From Mytilus californianus (Eukaryota): a stretch of DNA of 64,000 bases. The notes under the pieces are model-generated. The model saw only the letters and a list, made by a program, of their open reading frames with translations, had not been told where the DNA came from and ran no database searches. This document shows, piece by piece, positions 57,331 through 64,000 of the stretch. The translations under genes and the position numbers were made by a program. Location: assembly GCF_021869535.1 (NCBI RefSeq), contig NW_026262615.1, forward strand, positions 11,718,001-11,782,000, given 5' to 3'. Within the stretch, counting starts at the first letter, position 1, and each line of letters starts with the position of its first letter.

Positions 57331-58990
57331 GGGGAACATATCCGATATCATCAGTGAAACGGTTATTCCATAACGGTCAACCAACTCGTGATGGCGTCCG
57401 TAAGATTTACGAAGGGATGATATCAACTTCGCCATTTGGAACTCTTGGTTTAATAGCTTCCTTGTAAGCAGCAACCCTCTTTCAAGGGAATCATGATAGG
57501 AAAAACAAGCCCGGGAATATCGTATCAATTAGGAGATATATATTCCGTATGTAGGCGCAGCCGGAATGTTGCTACATAGAAATGAAAAGTTCACAATTGG
57601 AAAGCTGATATCATCTCTTTTGTCGTAAAGTTTTGTTTTCAACCGACCCTCATTGTCAATTTCTAGATGGAAGTCAGGATATGAAACAGACTTTACTGTA
57701 TCTGTTGTATCCTTTAAATCTAGTTCGATGGGATAGATGCGTTCAACATAGTCACCAAATTTGAGTTATTTAGTTAGAGAACATCATATATATATAGCGG
57801 AAAGTAAAGTTTAAGGATATTGCTAACTTCTCTTTTTTCTTCCTCAGAAGTTCCTCTATGATGTCAGCCTCATAATGATAAAGGAACAAGTCGGCAAGAA
57901 GAGGGGCACAATTGTTTATCATTGGAATGCCGACAGTCTGTTGAAAAACTCTACCTCCAAACGTTACAAATATGTTGTCAATCAAGAAATCAAGCATCTT
58001 GATAATGTCAATTTCAGAGAATTTTTTGTTTGAATCACAGTGATTCTTTACAAAGTAGGATTTATCCCTCCCTAAGACAAGATACTTGTTTTTACTTTGG
58101 CCATTCCTTTTTATGAAACAAGGCAATACCAACTCTTTCAATTTGTATTTTAGTTTTGAATGGGGTATACTTGTGTAAAGTGTAGAAAGGTCAAATGTTT
58201 AATACTATTGTTATATGAAAGAATCTTAGATTGTATGTACTCTAAAAGATCTTTGGAATCTTTTAGTATCCACATCGGATTCACGCCACCTCTAGAATAG
58301 GCAGTTTCACAATAACTTTGAAGCCCGGCTTTGATTGTTGATAAAATAGATGTTAATAATTTAGAAAGAGGTTTCGTGGAGCACTTAGAAGACCCAGCAG
58401 TATACCGTTGTTTGTAAAGACTCTTATGTAGTTTAGGTATCCAATACAGTGATGGAAGATCCAGTTCTTCATCTTTGGTTGAAATTTCAAAGGAACATAG
58501 AACAGACCTATGATTAATCAGGATTTCCTCTTTGGTAAGTGTCGTGAGGGTATATGTTGAATTTCCAAGTTCCTAATTCATTTATCAAGCAGTTTATGTG
58601 GTGAGATTTACACACAAAAACGATGTTGTTTGGGGCTTTATCTGCGGGGACAAAAACATATTTTTCATGAAGGTAGGACAAGTGTTTTGCAACATCTGGG
58701 TCTTTAAAGATTGACGTAGCATAGGTATTGATAGACCTATTCAGTTTCTTAATTCCGATTTGTATCAACGACCACACAGCCTTAATCCATTCGAAAAGAG
58801 TGTCTATGTCTTCTTTCTCGCGTTTAGCCCATTGTCTGCCATAATCCTTTGACTGAATCCATCAGTATTTTTATGTTGTATTTCCAATTGATGGATTTAG
58901 ACTCACGATATTTCGGACATTTGGATAACACATTTCGCAAAGAAGTGTTAAAGACAATGTTGAGGTCACCGGTAATAACGTGGCTAGCCA
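57331..58990 (-). pseudogene. Penelope-like reverse transcriptase pseudogene
   Basis: HVITGDL..LRNVLSK.PKYRE; PADKAPNNIVFVCK; FLIDNIFVTFGGRVFQQTVGIPM.NCAPLLADLFLY.YEA; TFRY(IDD disrupted); IRYSRAC...RKLLNQ...RHHELVDRY; multiple frameshifts. Confidence 0.85.
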
Positions 58991-59138
58991 GTGGAATAAC
59001 GGATATTCTTAAACCCTACTGACTGCTATTTGCTATTTCCAAATAAACGAAATGGATCTTAACTATTGATTTAATACCAAACAGAATACAATAAACTTGC
59101 GGAAAAGATGGTACACCGCACACAAATGGTGAAAACAT

Positions 59139-59449
59139 TTGTACACCATATCCGGATTTCGACAATTAATGTTAGGAATCGAGACGGTATTTGGAAGGCC
59201 ATATAATTTACCTCAATTTAGGATAGACTCTTGAATTTTGAAGAGTCGAAATAGGATGAACGGATCATATAAACCCGAAGGCAAATGTAATACAAGCCCA
59301 AACGAAAAAAATATAAACAAGCCTTAATTGAAAACAACGTTCAAACCTATGATTGCGTTGGATAAAAACCGCAATTTTTATACGTGTGCATGCAAAACAA
59401 ATTTCTTGGTAGAGGGGTATAAATACAGCACAAACAAAATTTTCCAAAA
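59139..59449 (-). repeat. Second copy of the direct repeat with the hammerhead core deleted
   Basis: Matches 56661-56983 except for a 14-nt deletion (ctcttcagtgatgt) between ATGT microhomologies. Confidence 0.88.
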
Positions 59450-59465
59450 GTATATTTTAAATATA

Positions 59466-59475
59466 TGTGTGTGTG

Positions 59476-59523
<48 letters not shown>
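59466..59523. repeat. (TG)n microsatellite abutting the PLE repeat
   Basis: Directly visible. Confidence 0.95.
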
Positions 59524-60759
59524 ACCGACGCACACCCTGAACTGGGGACTTGCATAGGTTACACCAAAGGGCAAGTGAGGACTCTTACTCTAGTGGGGAC
59601 TTGACTCGGGTCCCCACTACAAAATCCTCTTTGTTGTCTTAAATATTGATCATATTTGGTCACAGAAAGACTTCCTGGGTCTAAAGCTCTTAAATATTGC
59701 CAAAAAGTAATGTTCCAGGGATTCACATTGCGTTTAATGCTCATTTTCACAGTATGTATTTAGTTCCCCATTCGCATGTGACGTTTGACACATATCTAAA
59801 CACAATTTGACATCAAAGTTACACGTTACCGATGAACGCACCTGCGTGATTTCCCGCAGAAATTAAATATTCAAACATTCTAGGAAATATGCAAGAAAAA
59901 ATGTTATCAAAAAGAAAAATTAAACTTCACAATACTTTGGCGTCTCATATTTAAACAGATTAAATAAACTTTATATTTTCTTGAGCATGCCTTTAGGTCA
60001 TGACCTCACAAGGAAACTGGCAGCTTACAGGTGCACACCATTTTTCTCGCTGGTTTCCTTCTTTTGTTTTTTATATTTTTCAGTTCAAACGAAACTGTAT
60101 TTGGAACAATTGGTAGGATGTTTTGCTATTGTTTCTTCTTAATGACATGATTTAATCCTATAGTATAAGTTTTCGTTCGGTTCACATGGTTCATATTGTT
60201 TGCTGTTTGCATGTTTGGATTCTGTTTGCATTCAACGGTGATTGGATATTTTTTTGTTTATATTAACAGTTATGGTTAGTATAAATAGAACGCCTTACCT
60301 GCTTACATGACGCCTGCTGTATCAATTTCTTATAGCCCGTTACAAGATGGTATTTGGACAGTAATAAATCTAGTGCGAATAATTTGGGGGGAGGGGTGGT
60401 TCTGTAGCGCACCAAATCATGGCAGTATAATCAGTTTGTTGATTGTGGCCATTATCTGGCAGAAGAATAAGCGATTCTGATATCTCAACATCTATAAGTG
60501 AGTGGTTTCTGGAAACAGAGCACCAAACTATCCTTTTACCCAAGTTGTATGGGTGTAGGATTTCATTGTAAACATGCACACATCAGATACCGAATGGTGG
60601 AGGGAGTAACAGCACTGTATATAGTAGTCCAAATACTTGGGCAAGATTGCCGTTTGGCTTTACTGTCAGGCGTCAAATGGTCATTTTTGGCAACAGTTAG
60701 CATCAATTGGTTAACAATTTACCGTGATTTGTCGAATTATCCTAATCATGATTTGTCAG

Positions 60760-60945
60760 AGTTAGTTCTCTCGTTTGAATTGTTTTACATTCTCTTTTCG
60801 GGGCCTTTTATAGCTGACTGTGCGGTATGGACTTTGCTCATTGTTGAAGGCTGTACTGTGACCTATAGTTGTTTAAAATTTCTGTGTTATTTGGTCTCTT
60901 GTGTGGAGTTGTCTCATTGGCAATCATACAACATCTTCTTTTTTA
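60760..60945 (+). repeat. Abundant mussel-type interspersed repeat (also ~40000-40320, ~31800-31940, ~4410-4460)
   Basis: Shared core ttttatagctgact..ggtatg...ctcattgttgaagg...gacctatagttg...ggcaatcata(c)cacatct in several copies in this window; class unknown. Confidence 0.6.
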
Positions 60946-63080
60946 TTCATTTGGAAATATGGTTCCTCTACAATGGGGGTTTTAAGATAAGTTAAATTAG
61001 ATTAGATTAAGTGAACCGTGAAAAAAAAACGTTGAATGCAAACGATATGAACCAAACGAAGACTTGTTTTATCTGTTTATCATGTTTACAGCACTTTCAC
61101 ACGATTCTGAGCATCACAACCACAAAGTGAAACAGACCTTTATCATGATTATTAGCTTCAACTGATATGTGATAACATTTTAACATGTTTAATCAATTGA
61201 ATTGACGGATGTCAAGTTGGTTCAATATTCAACATTCAATTTTTTTTATTTTTTTTTTGAGGGGGGTGGGGGGGGGTTGTTCCATTCATTTTCAACATAC
61301 AACATTCGATTTCATCATTCAACATTCAAAATTTGTTTTTTGTTAAACTTTTTTTTCAATTTTTTTTCATTTCTTTTCTTTTTTTTCAACTTTTGTTTGT
61401 ATTGTTTTTGAATTGTAGGTGTAGCTATAGGAATTAAGGATTATGTAGTTTTCTTGCGGCTTGGCTATATATAGCTATATATTGAGACATACATGATATA
61501 TTCCCCTGTTATTAGTGGCTATATATAGCTATATATTGAGACATACATGATACATTCCCCTGTTGTTAGTTGACCTGTTCACATTTGACCCTAACCTTTA
61601 ATTTCGAGATCCAACTTTATTTCAACTTTTCTGTATGGGTGTATATCAGTATATTATGACTTGTGTCTAACTAAAGGTTCCTCTAAAGTAAAATAATAGC
61701 AATGCTGCAGGGCTTAGAAATTGAACATGTTAAATGTTTGTCTACAAATTATCATGAAGGGTTTACCGTTACAATAAAAACAGAAATTATGCGTCTTAGA
61801 GACTGTTATTTCATGTAAAATGTAAAATGACTTTCGTGTACATCATTTGATCGTACTTATTTCAAACAAGCGAGGTCAAATTCATATCTTATTTTTTTAC
61901 GCCCGTTTACTTGACGTACTATGGTATACTGTTGTCTGTCTGTCCGTCCGTCCGTTAATTGTAACTACTTGGGCATTCTCACTCACTTACATTAACGTAA
62001 ATGTAAGTGTAGCCATAAGGTTGGAGAATCAGAACTTGGTCCCTGTTGGAATTTAAATCTTTTGTCCCTGGCTAAAATTTTGTATTCTGATAGACAATCG
62101 GCACCTGTTCATAGAATTTTCTTTTTCGTGTTTTTATAACACACAATATAGAAGAGGTATAAAAAGTACATCCCGTGCCAAAGAAGGTAGTTTATTTAAA
62201 TACTGAAAACAGAAACATATTCTGAGGAATATAGAAATGTCATCCATATTGACATGATTAATAATTCACTCGTGGAGTAATAACTCTGTGTGCAATGACA
62301 CTGGACATGAAATAACTATCCATCATCATGATCATGTGCATCATCCTGATCAAATATTTATAGTGACTGTTTTGCTGCTTACATGGAGAATATTTTGGTA
62401 ACATTTATGCATCATACACATGACAATGAATAAATTTTACCCAGAGTTTAAAAGTCATGATGAAAAAAAAAACAATACATTCAGGAATATTGGAGCGAAA
62501 ACCCCAATTCAATCTTTGCCTGAGGGATGAACTTAAACTGATGATTCAAAAGAAAAAACTATTTCACTCAATTGCCAAAAAAATGAGGAGTAAAAACTTA
62601 ATGAGCTCTGGCTAAGACATTATTTTTTTCTCTGAAAACCTGACTGATCCATATTAAATTAAAAATTTTAAGTTGGTTGTGCAGCTCTTTTTCCTGACCT
62701 TAACCATGTTAACCATGATATAAAATTATATAACAACATGTATACATAGAACTGAGGGATGGTACTTATTTTCATGATACCTGTAGCTTTCATATATATT
62801 TGGATTTTAATAAATTAACGCCTCGTTTTTGTGCATCAGAATTGATGTTAATACGTATACAAACATATATATTTAAAAATTAATCATACATTTGTAAATG
62901 CACTGTCTTTTTAAACTTCTGTAACCTTTGCACCTGGGTTGTATTGGTAAAACATACTAGTAAATAGGGACTTTGGTTGTATTGGTCACACACACTAGCA
63001 ACTGGAGACCTCAACTCAATTGGGGACTTGTTTCAGGTCCACACTAGATTTTCTCTCCTATTTCCTCTAAAGTTAATTTT

Positions 63081-63267
63081 GGTCAGTGTCTGAGTGGTCT
63101 ACACTACTGTGTCACTTGTCAACACTGAGGTTGTGAGTTCAAATCATGCATGTCTGTTTTCCTACTGAAGGTTGGGGCTTCCTCCACCAATAATGACTGA
63201 CTGCCACAAAATAGCACTATAGTGGTGAAACAGAAAGTGGCATTAAACACTAATCAAGCAATCAATC
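63081..63267 (+). mobile_element. tRNA-derived SINE (degenerate); a related 3' end lies at ~7130-7350
   Basis: A-box-like gagtggtcta, B-box-like gagttcaaatc, 3' end actgactgccac...aaagtggcattaaacac..aatcaatc. Confidence 0.55.
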
Positions 63268-64000
63268 TTATTTAAATTTGTATGCATTTCTACATGACTA
63301 GGCTTTATAAGATAGTGAATGTACATGTATCAGGGCCATAACTACTGATGAGGCAGACAAGGCAATTTGGTCGTCCAAATTTCTGGATAAACAAATTTAT
63401 TAAGAAACAAAAAGGAAAATTAAGAAAGCTAGGCATGGAGGCGTAAAAAACATCCTTGCATTTTCATATCAAGAATTAAGTAATGCATACTTTGAAATTA
63501 GTAATTAATGTTGACGTGCACTCTCTGTCTGACATTAAGTATCAACGTTTCTGTCTGATTAACATCGACAGTCAGTAAAGCGGCTTTTGGTTCTGCAATT
63601 ATTTACATGTACATGTACATCTTTTATTTTATATACCATGAATTGATGGTCTTGAAAACACTTCATCAGACTCCTGAATTCCTGCACAAGTTGACAACAG
63701 AAAAGAATTTTCAGTTGTGCTACAGCAAAGTATTGCACAATACATGCAATAGCAAGAAATTTTCAATTGACCAGTAATGCACAATAGCACATTACTGCAC
63801 ACAACAGCACAGTATTGTGCAATAACAAAAAATCCTCAATCATTTGTCAATTGAAAATAAATACGAATCTCATGAATCTGTTAACCAATTTCAATGGGAT
63901 TAATTTTAAATCTTTTGGTTGTCTTTTAAGCTCACCTCCCCCAAATATAACTTTTTATACGACCGCACAAAATTTTGCGGTCGTATATTGGTATCACGAC

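Larger units (their letters stand above)
56640..59460 (-). mobile_element. Penelope-like retroelement (Naiad-type RT), decayed, flanked by ~320-bp direct repeats
   Basis: RT motifs listed in the next feature; direct repeats at 56661-56983 and 59139-59449; hammerhead in the repeat. Confidence 0.75.

Noticed and set aside
57345-57360. Other CTGATGA words (57345 minus, 39925 plus, 63346 plus) as hammerhead cores
   Set aside because: No stem II followed by GAAA and no closing stems.
60498-60995. 165-aa hydrophobic ORF
   Set aside because: Most of it runs through a common interspersed repeat; no domain features.

Overview
AT-rich eukaryotic (intron-containing) genomic DNA. The interspersed repeat families suggest a bivalve, probably Mytilus; this is recalled from memory and not searched. 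The window has three main components. (1) A + strand gene (ATG 524 to a probable stop at 49487) for a probably secreted protein: signal peptide, LRRNT, 13 intact 72-nt phase-2/2 LRR exons, LRRCT, TSP1 and a short basic tail, about 514 aa if every exon is used. Twelve LRR exons lie in a recently amplified exon+intron higher-order array (~10.7-43.5 kb, units of ~1.06, 1.85 and 2.54 kb) that also holds many dead pseudo-exons and chimeric units. Amino-acid differences between near-identical copies concentrate at the concave-face x positions of LxxLxLxxNxL, as in lamprey VLRs. (2) A 13,944-bp TTAA-flanked DNA transposon (27644-41587, Kolobok-like ends) inserted in that array. It carries a decayed 7-exon minus-strand gene fusing a DDE transposase to a DEDDh (PML-C-terminal-like) 3'-5' exonuclease. 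(3) A downstream repeat-rich region: a PHD-remnant TIR element, Helentron-like non-autonomous elements, a 2-kb foldback element, a decayed Penelope-like (Naiad-type) retroelement whose direct repeat holds an intact minimal hammerhead ribozyme, and a tRNA-derived SINE. Exon models were read by eye; no searches were run.
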